Positions 51,020 to 60,214 of a DNA stretch of 64,000 bases are shown here, piece after piece. The position numbers and the translations under genes were made by a program. Under the pieces are notes generated by a model that ran no database searches, was not told the origin of the DNA, and saw only the letters and a program-made list of their open reading frames with translations. Position 1 is the first letter of the stretch; every line of letters begins with the position of its first letter. The stretch is from a virus, in IMG/VR virus record IMGVR_UViG_3300023178_000017, positions 32,001 through 96,000 of that record. One strand, 5' to 3'.

Positions 51020-53101
51020 ATGGCGACATTAGCATTACCAAATCCAAATCCTGGTGGCGGAAAAACATCTAAAGCATTACCTGTTACAATCATAGATGCT
51101 GAATTCACAGTAGTCAATGAAAAAAATGGTAAAAATGGTAAGAAAACAGATGATACCAACACCGTAAAAAATCAGAAAGAATTCTTTAAGAACTTCCAAG
51201 AAACTATGAAGAAGGCGTTTGAGCCTTTTAAAGAAGGTACTGATCAAATTAAGGGTGGTGTTAATGAATTGTTTGGCGGAGGCGGTGCTATGTTTACACC
51301 TCTGAAAATGTTGTTCGATAAACTCAAAGCAGTCTTTGATATTATAATGGGTCTTGGCAAGATTCTTGCAGTTCCTTTAAAAGCTATCTTTAAAAAGAAA
51401 GACAAAGATGATGATAAGAAACGTAAGAAAGAAAAGAAAAAAGACATAAAGGATAAAGACAAAAAAGACGCTAAAGCAAGAGGCGGATTATTAGGTGGTA
51501 TTGGTCGTTTACTATTGCCAATTCTAGGTTGGGGTCTGTTACTTGGTGCTTTAGTTCTTGGAATCATGGCGTTGTGGAACTATTTTAAGAAAGGTGAGTT
51601 TGTCACTGGTCTTAGAAACATGGGTTACAATATTTCTATTGGTATAGCTAAAGTTTTTGGTAAAGACGAGCTCGTTGAACAACTTCAACAAGAACAGATA
51701 GCAATGAATTTATCGTCTAACAAGTACATGGATGATGTTGGTGAATATCTAAAAACAACAGCGAAAACCAATCTCGAAACAATGAAACGAACAGGAGCAT
51801 CCGAAGAAGAAATTAAGGCTGCAGAAGAAAGACTTCGTAAAGGTGAGTATACAGATGAAGAAATGTTATTTGGTTTAAAAGAAGCTTTTGATAAATTGGC
51901 AAGAGATGGTATTATAGGTCCTGAAGAACTTGAAAAGTATAGAAAGAATATGTTCGCAGACGAAAGAACAGGAGTCATTGGCGATGTCATCACAAGAGAA
52001 TATGATCCAGAAGGACAAGTTTTAAGAGCAACAGAAGAGGTAGTCGATAGAATTAATGAACAACAATTAGACTCTAGTACCGAGATTGGCAAACAAAATG
52101 TTGAAAATATCAGTAAAGTTATAGAAGAATCTAAGATAGATAATGTAGATGTTGAGGCCAGAAATATTGATGACAATTTAATTATGCCTGATACTTTTGA
52201 TGGTTATTTAACTCTATCAAATCCAGATGGTTCACCAGTAACAGAAGACCAGTTCTTAAACGATGCATCTTTCGACAAATATCAAGCTCTTAGATATAGC
52301 ACTGGTTATCAAGTTGGAGCAGATGGCAATGTAATGATTCCAATACACGATCAAACTTTCTCAGTGGCAGCAAATGACAACAATCTTGGAATGTTCACAG
52401 GCGCAGGTGATCTTAGTTCACCATTTGAAAAAGTAGAAGGTGGTGGATTTAGAATTAAAACTGTTGAAGAATTGGCGGAAAACCTTGGTACTCAAAATAT
52501 GAATCTGTCACTTATGTCCGCAAATAGTTCACCATATGGTGGTTTTGGTATGAGTAGTTTAGATGATGAATCTGACGAATCGAAACTAAGGAGAGCACAA
52601 CAAATTATTGACAGGGCTGAAGCACAAATAGACAAACAAATAATGGATAGCGTTAATCTCCAATCATATGAAGGTGCTGTTGAACTTACACCTGATCCAG
52701 ATACGACATATGGTGAAGGTGTATTTGCAGCATGGCAAGAAGAGGCAGATGCTTTGGGTCCTCAATTCTTAACTATGTTGAAAGATATGCAAAACTTTAA
52801 TGATTGGTATGCAAAAAATGGTGATGCATGGGATTGGACAACCTCAACAGACGAACAAGGAGAATTTGATAGTTTTAAAGATTCTCAAAGAGAAATTAAT
52901 GACACTATAGAATCAATTGCAGCTAATACAGGCATAACCATAGAGGAATTATATGAAGCTCTAGGAAATTACGCTTCTGCTAATGATATTAATGCTACTA
53001 GCGTTATTCAAACTAATAATACCAATTACTCTCAAGGTGAATACGGCAATAGAGTTTCACACTTGAATTCTGCCTTATTTCCCAAAACAGCTAGTGATTA
53101 A
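51020..53101 (+). CDS. Putative tape-measure / gp29-like protein
   Basis: 693 aa helical protein with a Lys-rich patch and GGLLGGIGRLLLPILGWGLLLGALVLG segment; located after gp26/gp51. Confidence 0.5.
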   Translation: MATLALPNPNPGGGKTSKALPVTIIDAEFTVVNEKNGKNGKKTDDTNTVKNQKEFFKNFQETMKKAFEPFKEGTDQIKGGVNELFGGGGAMFTPLKMLFDKLKAVFDIIMGLGKILAVPLKAIFKKKDKDDDKKRKKEKKKDIKDKDKKDAKARGGLLGGIGRLLLPILGWGLLLGALVLGIMALWNYFKKGEFVTGLRNMGYNISIGIAKVFGKDELVEQLQQEQIAMNLSSNKYMDDVGEYLKTTAKTNLETMKRTGASEEEIKAAEERLRKGEYTDEEMLFGLKEAFDKLARDGIIGPEELEKYRKNMFADERTGVIGDVITREYDPEGQVLRATEEVVDRINEQQLDSSTEIGKQNVENISKVIEESKIDNVDVEARNIDDNLIMPDTFDGYLTLSNPDGSPVTEDQFLNDASFDKYQALRYSTGYQVGADGNVMIPIHDQTFSVAANDNNLGMFTGAGDLSSPFEKVEGGGFRIKTVEELAENLGTQNMNLSLMSANSSPYGGFGMSSLDDESDESKLRRAQQIIDRAEAQIDKQIMDSVNLQSYEGAVELTPDPDTTYGEGVFAAWQEEADALGPQFLTMLKDMQNFNDWYAKNGDAWDWTTSTDEQGEFDSFKDSQREINDTIESIAANTGITIEELYEALGNYASANDINATSVIQTNNTNYSQGEYGNRVSHLNSALFPKTASD

Positions 53102-53280
53102 TCTTTATATTTCTGTTTTCTAGGAATTACCTTAGTCTTATCTTTATGAACTTGGGTCTTGCCATGATCTGGCGTTACCTTACGAGTGAAGATATTATCC
53201 CACGCCTGAGCAAACTGATCGTTTGAAATGACCTGTGGTCTTCTTTTACTACCTTTTCCCGACATGTCGCACCAAATCAA
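53098..53280 (-). CDS. Small basic hypothetical protein
   Basis: MSGKGSKRRP...F...WD.IF; overlaps the gap stop. Confidence 0.55.
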   Translation of the reverse strand: MIWCDMSGKGSKRRPQVISNDQFAQAWDNIFTRKVTPDHGKTQVHKDKTKVIPRKQKYKD

Positions 53281-54259
53281 TTAAACGATTGGCAAATGCC
53301 CACTCGTTATCGTACCATGCAACAAGTCTAAAGGTTCTTGAATCTAAGAACTGAGTTTGATTCCAATCAACGATACATGATCTCGTATCATGGTTGTAGT
53401 CTGAACTAACTAGTGGTTCTTCTGATAATCCAAAGAACTCAGGACATTGCACTTCTCTTAATCTGAGATTATCTCTAATCTCTGCCTTTGTTGTAGGTCG
53501 TTCTGTTCTAAATGTAAAGTCTAACATAGAAACGTTCTGTACAGGTACACGTGTTGCAAATCCTGTAAGTTTGCCTTCTAAATGTGGTAGTATCTTAGCA
53601 ACTGTTTCAGCTGCACCTGTTTTTGTAGGTATGATATTGTTTGCACCTGATCTTGCTCGATACTTATCTTTATGGTGAGAGTCTACTATAACTTGGTCGT
53701 TGGTGTATGCATGAACTGTATTCATAAAACCATGTTCAAGTCCAAATGTCTCATCAATGATATCTGCTAACCATGATATACAGTTTGTAGTACATGATGC
53801 ATTAGAGAAGACTCTATCGGTGTCTTCGATTGTTTTGTGATTGATACCATAGACAATGGTCTTGTCTACGTTAGAAGCAGGTTGTGCTATGATTGTTTGC
53901 CATGGCATATTTCGAAACCGATCTCCGTCTGTAAATGCACCTGTACATTCTATAAGTACATCACAATTCCATGGTACAAGACTAGGGTTTCTTTTAGAGT
54001 GATACTCAATGTTTAAATGATTTGAATTAGCAACAGGATAATTCTTATCTTGTATTCTAAAACCACCTTCAGGCAATGCAAAGACATCTTTGTTAAATCT
54101 ACCGTGTGTAGAATCGTACTTAAGTAAATGTATATTGGAATGTATATCACCTAAATCATTTACTTGACAAACTTCTACGTCATAATCATTTCTCTCGTAG
54201 ATCGCCCTTAGGACGTTTCTACCTATTCGACCGAATCCATTTATACCTACTCTAATCAT
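53249..54259 (-). CDS. gap: Glyceraldehyde-3-phosphate dehydrogenase (type I)
   Basis: GINGFGRIGR; LLKYDSTHGRF; catalytic SNASCTTNC; HAYTNDQ; RAR...NIIPTKTGAA; RVP; AWYDNEW. Confidence 0.93.
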   Translation of the reverse strand: MIRVGINGFGRIGRNVLRAIYERNDYDVEVCQVNDLGDIHSNIHLLKYDSTHGRFNKDVFALPEGGFRIQDKNYPVANSNHLNIEYHSKRNPSLVPWNCDVLIECTGAFTDGDRFRNMPWQTIIAQPASNVDKTIVYGINHKTIEDTDRVFSNASCTTNCISWLADIIDETFGLEHGFMNTVHAYTNDQVIVDSHHKDKYRARSGANNIIPTKTGAAETVAKILPHLEGKLTGFATRVPVQNVSMLDFTFRTERPTTKAEIRDNLRLREVQCPEFFGLSEEPLVSSDYNHDTRSCIVDWNQTQFLDSRTFRLVAWYDNEWAFANRLIDLVRHVGKR

Positions 54260-54342
54260 AATCTATTTGTCCAAATCAACCACCAACGAAAGTATTTTCT
54301 TCCCTCACCATATGCAGCTGATTTAAGTTTATTGTAGATCAC
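54256..54342 (-). CDS. 28-aa ORF linking bS21 to gap
   Basis: GTG start overlaps the bS21 TAG and its TGA overlaps the gap ATG; MIYNKLKSAAYGEGRKYFRWWLIWTNRL. Confidence 0.5.
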   Translation of the reverse strand: MIYNKLKSAAYGEGRKYFRWWLIWTNRL

Positions 54343-54575
54343 TATCTACGTCTATAACCCTTTTGTTGAGACCTCTTAGCCTCTAACTTACGCTTTCTTT
54401 TGATAGCTTGATTCTTCTCGTTTCTCTTCACTGAAGGTTTGACATAATGTTCTCTGTCTCTCACTTCTTTGACGATGCCTTTCTTGTCACATAGTTTTTT
54501 AAATCTACGTAACATACGATCAAAAGGTTCAACGTTCCTAGTCTTAGGGTGTTGCCTTGGTTTTACACTTGTCAT
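54342..54575 (-). CDS. rpsU: Ribosomal protein bS21
   Basis: [32 protein letters not shown]. Confidence 0.9.
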   Translation of the reverse strand: MTSVKPRQHPKTRNVEPFDRMLRRFKKLCDKKGIVKEVRDREHYVKPSVKRNEKNQAIKRKRKLEAKRSQQKGYRRR

Positions 54576-54621
54576 AGTTATATTATATTAAAAATTGTTA
54601 GTTACTGTCTAGTGACTTTTT

Positions 54622-54780
54622 AAAAAAAGGTGTAGTCGCCCCAAACTGTTACAGCAGCCCGCTCTACACGAGATATCCCGCTTTTTCACGATATCCTTAC
54701 CCATACTGAGTTCCCCCATTTCCACGGTCTCAGTCAAGTAGTCGCTTTCATAGGACACATAATAAAAAACGACTACTCCC
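54622..54780 (-). ncRNA. Candidate structured RNA (four hairpins ending in a U-tract)
   Basis: Inverted repeats 54737-54748/54766-54777, 54705-54710/54729-54734, 54672-54677/54690-54695 and 54630-54635/54664-54669, then T7 on the minus strand; GC-richer than flanks. Confidence 0.5.
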
Positions 54781-54792
54781 TATTCCAAGAAA

Positions 54793-55692
54793 TTAGCTAT
54801 CAGCTAACTTCTTAAAGTAATCCATCGCATCATCATCTGAACTTTCTCCGACAGATGCTTCTGCTGATGAGATTACAGGCTCATTTGCAACCGCTTCAGT
54901 GTTGACATTAGACCAAGGCACTTCTTCTAGGTCTTCTGCAACTGATTCAGCAGTTGATGTTGAGACGTTACCTGAGAGACCTAGAACTCTGTCTAGTTTC
55001 TCTTTCAATTCATCATAGGATTTGAATTGATCAGGTGATATAATCTCGTTCAAAGAATTCAGTGAAGAATATATAGTATTCAACTGAGCTTCATCGTCAA
55101 ACAGTGGCATTTGAGTATCGAACTCTGACTTGTCATAGTTCCAATAACCATCAACCTTTCTGATTTTGATTTTGAAGTTCGCACCTTCTTCTCTGAGATC
55201 AAAGGGGTTAATAGCACTCTCATCTTCAAAAGCAGGTGAGATTGCTTCTTTCAACATTTCGAAAATCTTCTTACCATATCTGTATAAGAAAACTTTACCC
55301 TCGTTGTGAGGATTCTTAGGGTCTGAAACAACATAGATGTTAGACACATAATGAAGTCTACGCTTCTGTTTACGTGCAATCTCTTTGTTGGCTTCGATGC
55401 CTGTATTCCACAACTGACTGTTGTAGTCTGACACAGGGTCTTTTTTACCTAGAGTTGTCAAAGACTTCTCTATGTACCACCCACCAGGTCCTTGGAACCC
55501 ATGGTCGAAGTAAGATGCCCATGGCATTTCTTCTCCTTCAGGTGTTGGTAGGAATCTGATGATTGCATATCCGTTACCAGATTTATCTAATTCTGGTTTC
55601 CAGTACTTATCATCATCGTAGGATTTTGTTTCACCTTGAGTTGGTGAGGCAGTTTCCATTGCTGCCCTTAGTTTATCTAATGATGTCGACAT
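54793..55692 (-). CDS. gp32: Single-stranded DNA-binding protein
   Basis: WKPELDKSGNGYAIIRFLP...HGFQGPGGWYIE.SLTTLG..DPV...EGKVFLY.YGKKIF...NYDKSEF; acidic tail. Confidence 0.95.
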   Translation of the reverse strand: MSTSLDKLRAAMETASPTQGETKSYDDDKYWKPELDKSGNGYAIIRFLPTPEGEEMPWASYFDHGFQGPGGWYIEKSLTTLGKKDPVSDYNSQLWNTGIEANKEIARKQKRRLHYVSNIYVVSDPKNPHNEGKVFLYRYGKKIFEMLKEAISPAFEDESAINPFDLREEGANFKIKIRKVDGYWNYDKSEFDTQMPLFDDEAQLNTIYSSLNSLNEIISPDQFKSYDELKEKLDRVLGLSGNVSTSTAESVAEDLEEVPWSNVNTEAVANEPVISSAEASVGESSDDDAMDYFKKLADS

Positions 55693-55741
55693 TGTATTCT
55701 CCTATAGTATCGCATTGTATTAGCATTGTATCGCATTGTAT
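55690..55741 (-). repeat. ATACAATG(C) repeats in the gp32 leader
   Basis: gcattgtat at 55712, 55723 and 55733 plus cattgtat at 55690, which contains the start codon. Confidence 0.8.
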
Positions 55742-56499
55742 TAATCTAAAGATTCTTCGTCTGGTATTTCGAGTTCGAGTTCAATGAAGTCATTTTCGAA
55801 GCCGTGACCAAGAATCCACCTATCACTACTTTCATAGTAATCAAGTTTATTATACTCTATTTTTTCGTTTTCATCTAGTGAGTTTTTCCAATAAAAATCA
55901 ATATCTGGAAACTTCTTTAATAAAGCAATAAACTGAGAACGTTGTGCTGTGTACACACGTTCCTCTTTGGTATATTTAGGTAAATAATTGTATCTACCTT
56001 CATAAACATTACCTGGATTATCATATTGTAAAGCATCAAATCCAAGTAAGCATACCTCTTTATGACCTTGTGTTATAGCATGACCTACAGCACATAAACC
56101 TGTAAACATGTTCTTGAGCAGCGGAATATTATACATAACTATGTTGTTTCCGTGAGAGCTGGATATACCCACGAAGTCAACATACGAATCATTACCTTGT
56201 ATTATAAATCTATCGTGTTTCTCTAAGTCAACATCTACACGGATATCATTGTGCGAATATTCAAATCCTGTTCGCATCAATTCAAGCATTTCAATGCCAT
56301 GTATCTCCCATGAACCCACTGCTATCTTATGATCATGGTAATAATTATTTAACAACACCTCTCTTTGAGGTGCTAAGTCACTCACAAACAGTAAATCAGG
56401 AATGCAATCTTGGTAAATAGCATTACAACCCCACCAGTGATCTAACTCATTAAGATCATAGTTGAGTCTACTAGGTCCGTTACCTACTATTGTGAGCAT
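55741..56499 (-). CDS. Hypothetical Rossmann-like protein (GNGPS...GCN...LLGFD family)
   Basis: IVGNGPSR; WGCNAIY; PDLL; LLGFD motifs, as seen in MptE/DUF115- and sialyltransferase-like folds. Confidence 0.6.
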   Translation of the reverse strand: MLTIVGNGPSRLNYDLNELDHWWGCNAIYQDCIPDLLFVSDLAPQREVLLNNYYHDHKIAVGSWEIHGIEMLELMRTGFEYSHNDIRVDVDLEKHDRFIIQGNDSYVDFVGISSSHGNNIVMYNIPLLKNMFTGLCAVGHAITQGHKEVCLLGFDALQYDNPGNVYEGRYNYLPKYTKEERVYTAQRSQFIALLKKFPDIDFYWKNSLDENEKIEYNKLDYYESSDRWILGHGFENDFIELELEIPDEESLD

Positions 56500-57080
56500 A
56501 ATTTAATTAATAGTTTTTTAAACTTATCGTAATCGTATGATAAGAATACTTTGTATTTGTCTATCTTGTTCTGTATATCAGGATAGATTATAGTTTCTGA
56601 TATAAGTTTTCTCCAGTCTGTACTATAGTTTGTTATTGAATCTAGTATAGACATTGTTTCAATTGATATGTTATTTGCTAAGTATTGTTTCAGAAGCCAC
56701 GGATGACTTCCATTTTCTACCTTCAAAACCTCTTGTATTTTCTTCTTTTCCAGGATCTTTCCTACCTCTGTTTCGAACATATACTTTAGCTTTTGATTAC
56801 GTTTCTTCCATTCAGTGTAACGTTTGTGTGCATCTGGTTCTAATAGATCACCAACCCAATAGTCTTTGAATGAAAGATTCGCAATATAGAAATCTTGTAA
56901 GTCTCTATTATACTTACGTGCTAGTTTACCAAATTGAAACCTATCGTTACGTTTAAGAAATGATTTGAGATCAGCTTTGACTTTACCATTGTACTGAATG
57001 AAGTTATAACTGTCGGTATAAAAGTGTAACTTTATACCAAGATACAACTGATAAGCATCAAAACTATCTCTACTATTCAC
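56487..57080 (-). CDS. gp59: Helicase loader
   Basis: AYQLYLGIKLHF....YNFIQYNGK....SF.KRNDR.QF.KL...ISIETM.ILD. Confidence 0.85.
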   Translation of the reverse strand: MNSRDSFDAYQLYLGIKLHFYTDSYNFIQYNGKVKADLKSFLKRNDRFQFGKLARKYNRDLQDFYIANLSFKDYWVGDLLEPDAHKRYTEWKKRNQKLKYMFETEVGKILEKKKIQEVLKVENGSHPWLLKQYLANNISIETMSILDSITNYSTDWRKLISETIIYPDIQNKIDKYKVFLSYDYDKFKKLLIKLCSQ

Positions 57081-57373
57081 TACTTAACGATCTTACTATC
57101 TGGTGTTACAATTGAACCTGTAGCAAGTTGGTGTGCTTCAGTAACCTTATCGTTTGATTTACATACGAAGACAACTGTACTGAAAGTTGCTTCGGTTGGA
57201 TTCTCTTCACCTGTAACTGCAATCCCTTTAGCAAATCCCATTTGACCTGTTTCAGGATTAGATAAAATCATACGAGGGTCATCGATCACTAGACCTTTGT
57301 CTGACCATTCTCTCATTTTACCAACGTATTCACCGCTAACGGTTACAACTGATACTACATCACCTTTTTTCAT
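57080..57373 (-). CDS. Hypothetical protein (Sm-like fold suspected)
   Basis: GDVVSVVTVSGEYVGK...LVIDDPR...TGSIVTP. Confidence 0.55.
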   Translation of the reverse strand: MKKGDVVSVVTVSGEYVGKMREWSDKGLVIDDPRMILSNPETGQMGFAKGIAVTGEENPTEATFSTVVFVCKSNDKVTEAHQLATGSIVTPDSKIVK

Positions 57374-57382
57374 AATATACTC

Positions 57383-57616
57383 CTAGTTAAAAAAAGAAGA
57401 AAGAGACGCTCTCGTTGTTTTGCCTCTCTCTATTAGTTTAAGACCTTTTGCCTCTGCCTCTAGTTTCTCTTTAAGAGGAGTTGAAAGAAGTCTTTTTGCA
57501 CCTTCTGGTTCTATGTTATTTGTTTCACATACTTTAAGTATGGCACTCATAACATCTGCCTTGTTTCCTATTAGTAGACGTTCTACTTGTTCTGTAAATT
57601 CTTTTTTGCCTATCAC
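57383..57616 (-). CDS. gp33: Late transcription coactivator
   Basis: F...VE.......MSAIL..CE.NNIEPE..KRLLS.PLKEKLEAEA..L; next to gp59 and gp32. Confidence 0.85.
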   Translation of the reverse strand: MIGKKEFTEQVERLLIGNKADVMSAILKVCETNNIEPEGAKRLLSTPLKEKLEAEAKGLKLIERGKTTRASLSSFFN

Positions 57617-57954
57617 GATAATGGTGCTCCTTGAACTTCATCGTAATCAAAGTTCTCAATCCAATCCATCATGACTCTATAGTATGCATAGTATGTTGGA
57701 CTATGACCATTCATATCCATACCTTGTCCATCTTCTGAATAAGGAGTTTCTAAGTAATCAATAAGTGCTTGACATTCGTCTAAGTGAACTTCGGTAAGTT
57801 CGTCTTCACTTCCTATTTCAAGATACTCTAACATACTGTCATATGCATTATCGTATGCTTGTTGATGAATCCAATCATCTGCTTTATGAAATATCTTACC
57901 CCAATTCCAATCTTGTTTTAGAGTAAACTTCTCTTCGTTATAAAAATCTGCCAT
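57613..57954 (-). CDS. Acidic hypothetical protein
   Basis: 113 aa ORF overlapping both neighbours. Confidence 0.6.
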   Translation of the reverse strand: MADFYNEEKFTLKQDWNWGKIFHKADDWIHQQAYDNAYDSMLEYLEIGSEDELTEVHLDECQALIDYLETPYSEDGQGMDMNGHSPTYYAYYRVMMDWIENFDYDEVQGAPLS

Positions 57955-58412
57955 TAGAATATCTCCTTATCTGTTTCTTCTACTACAATTGGACCATAGA
58001 ATAGATATTCACAATCATAGGTATCCCAATCATTGTCCATGAACCAACCAGTTCCTTCGTCTTCAATATTTTCAATTAATGTTGATCTTTCATCATCATC
58101 GCCATCAAACTCTAGTATTTCAACATCGAATGAACAACCATCCCAACATTCTAAGAACTCATTTTCTTCAAATACTTGTGGTTCAAACCAATCAGAATCT
58201 CCTTGAGTCATTGCATCTGTTAGCATTTCGACTTCATCTTCATTCGTTGGTGTGATTAACCACTCACCGTTTCGCCACATGGTTTCTGTTTTGATACGCT
58301 TTTTGGCATCTTCACCATAGGCATCTGCCCAATACTCTAACTCATATACACTCTTTTTGTTTGCACATGAGATTTCATAAGTCTTACCGACTTCAATTTT
58401 CACTTCACTCAT
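57954..58412 (-). CDS. Acidic hypothetical protein
   Basis: 152 aa ORF with GGAG Shine-Dalgarno. Confidence 0.6.
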   Translation of the reverse strand: MSEVKIEVGKTYEISCANKKSVYELEYWADAYGEDAKKRIKTETMWRNGEWLITPTNEDEVEMLTDAMTQGDSDWFEPQVFEENEFLECWDGCSFDVEILEFDGDDDERSTLIENIEDEGTGWFMDNDWDTYDCEYLFYGPIVVEETDKEIF

Positions 58413-58420
58413 AATTACTC

Positions 58421-59014
58421 CTACGTAAATTTACTTTCTCTGAACCAGAGATTCATAGCATACTTCTCACCATACGTAACTGGTAAACCAGCGTGTTGAG
58501 AGATTTCTGCCCTTTTATTAGTTCGTGGTTCACAATTGAACCACACTATCATTCGACCTTTTTTAGGTTGAACGTTAATACCAAACTGATTAAATCCTGT
58601 TTCACCACCTTTGTAGCCATCGTTTAGATAACACAATGCAGTTAACATTCTTTGACCACCTCTGTCCCAATGTTTTGTTTTTTCTTCTTCTGTAAATGCA
58701 TTATAATCGAATGCATCGTAGTGATAATGATATTGTTCGCCTTCATCATAATATACAACTTGAAAACTCTCAGCGTTTTCTAATGGCATCTTTACTGTTT
58801 GTGCTATACGATCTCCAACTCTTTGTGTAATCTCACTATGATCATGTTTTAACCATGCATATGAATTAGTTCTTGCATGATGCATACCTGCAATAGTAGA
58901 TGCCTTTTTCATTTGACTTACAGATTGTGTAATGAAATGAGCACATTCTTCTTCTGTCAAAAAATTATCTACGATTGAAATCCATGGTTGATCATACTTT
59001 GCTATATTAATCAT
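58421..59014 (-). CDS. Prolyl 4-hydroxylase-like 2OG-Fe(II) oxygenase
   Basis: DNFLTEEEC...RTN...ESFQVV.Y..GEQY..HYD...GQRMLTALCYLND...GGET.F...PKKG...HAGLPV..GEKY..N.W.R. Confidence 0.9.
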   Translation of the reverse strand: MINIAKYDQPWISIVDNFLTEEECAHFITQSVSQMKKASTIAGMHHARTNSYAWLKHDHSEITQRVGDRIAQTVKMPLENAESFQVVYYDEGEQYHYHYDAFDYNAFTEEEKTKHWDRGGQRMLTALCYLNDGYKGGETGFNQFGINVQPKKGRMIVWFNCEPRTNKRAEISQHAGLPVTYGEKYAMNLWFRESKFT

Positions 59015-59691
59015 ACGCCGTATAAATTCTCATATCTCTTTCTGAGATCCCATAATTGTTCTACGTAATTTTGTGGGTCACCAGAAAACAACTGAAATCC
59101 TGCTTGACCTTCAACAGCAACGAGAGCATTAACTTCTGGAACTTCTATGCCTGTTAACTCTTCTACCATGATAGCGTATGCTGTCATTTGAATCATCCAA
59201 GGTGTAACTTGATCATCTGTCTTCATCTTAGATGATGTTTTGAAATCGATAATAGATAACACGTCTTCAAATAAACCAACACAATCAACTCGACCTGCCA
59301 TTTTAAGATTGACAGAATATAATGGTGCTTCAAGTGCTAGAGGTACAATACTATCTAATACAGGTCGAATACCTTTAAACATACCTTCTTGGATAATATC
59401 ATCAAACTCTATGAACTCTTTTTCTCTTCGAAGATAGTCTTCCACTAATTGGTGAAATGCCGTACCTCGTCTAGCAGCTCTATTAGATATAGCATCTGCT
59501 TTATCTTCACCAATTCTCTTACGCCACAATTGAATGTGTTCTCTTGTAAGTAAACTTGTAACTGTTGTGACACTTGGATATTTTTGACCTTGACCATCTA
59601 CATAGAATCTTTTACCGTCTTCTTGTATTGTGTCTAAGCTGATACGCTCTAGATCATCAAACTCCAGTAATCTGGTCTTAATTTTAGTCAT
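59011..59691 (-). CDS. PD-(D/E)XK exonuclease (Cas4-like phage exonuclease)
   Basis: YPSVTTV...W.KRIG...RGTAFH...E..LYS....AGRVDC...IIDFKTS...QMTAYA. Confidence 0.85.
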   Translation of the reverse strand: MTKIKTRLLEFDDLERISLDTIQEDGKRFYVDGQGQKYPSVTTVTSLLTREHIQLWRKRIGEDKADAISNRAARRGTAFHQLVEDYLRREKEFIEFDDIIQEGMFKGIRPVLDSIVPLALEAPLYSVNLKMAGRVDCVGLFEDVLSIIDFKTSSKMKTDDQVTPWMIQMTAYAIMVEELTGIEVPEVNALVAVEGQAGFQLFSGDPQNYVEQLWDLRKRYENLYGV

Positions 59692-59702
59692 ACTCTATCC
59701 TA

Positions 59703-60002
59703 TTATGATTTGTTCTGTTTGTCGATATGCTTTCTGACAATCTGTTCACTTTTTCTTCTCTTAAGTGACTTGTTGCCGTGACTATCACCTAGTGGTGAGG
59801 CTGGGTGTGCTTCACCGATTTTAGATAAGACTTCACCAAAACCACCAACATTATGTTTAGTCACACCACCAATAATACTTGGTGCTGATATCAATTGTTT
59901 GATGTTGGGGTTGTTTTCGAAAAACTCTTCTCGTTCAGCCAACTTAAGAAACACATCATATGTTTCTCCAGTATCGTAATTATGTACTGTATACATTGGC
60001 AT
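59703..60002 (-). CDS. FmdB-like small protein
   Basis: MPMY......TGE.........E.EEF...NP...Q...AP...GF.EVLSKI...HP. Confidence 0.6.
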   Translation of the reverse strand: MPMYTVHNYDTGETYDVFLKLAEREEFFENNPNIKQLISAPSIIGGVTKHNVGGFGEVLSKIGEAHPASPLGDSHGNKSLKRRKSEQIVRKHIDKQNKS

Positions 60003-60214
60003 TATAATTGTCCTGCAAAATGAAGAGTTTTCTCTACCTCTTCTATTACGTCTTTTTCTTTATACCAAAGACCACTATACATTTGTGTAGAGTCGTAGTC
60101 TGGTTGAATGTCTGATCTCCATTCTACAACATAACGTTTATAACCGAACGGTCTCTCTGAAAAAATACGAACACTACCTTCGCCTGTACTATAGTTTCGA
60201 ACTAGAACTCTCAT
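60002..60214 (-). CDS. Hypothetical protein
   Basis: 70 aa ORF overlapping both neighbours. Confidence 0.55.
   Translation of the reverse strand: MRVLVRNYSTGEGSVRIFSERPFGYKRYVVEWRSDIQPDYDSTQMYSGLWYKEKDVIEEVEKTLHFAGQL

Noticed and set aside
59011-59691. Cas4 as evidence of a CRISPR system
   Set aside because: Stand-alone PD-(D/E)XK exonuclease typical of T4-like phages; no Fe-S cysteine cluster, array or other cas genes.
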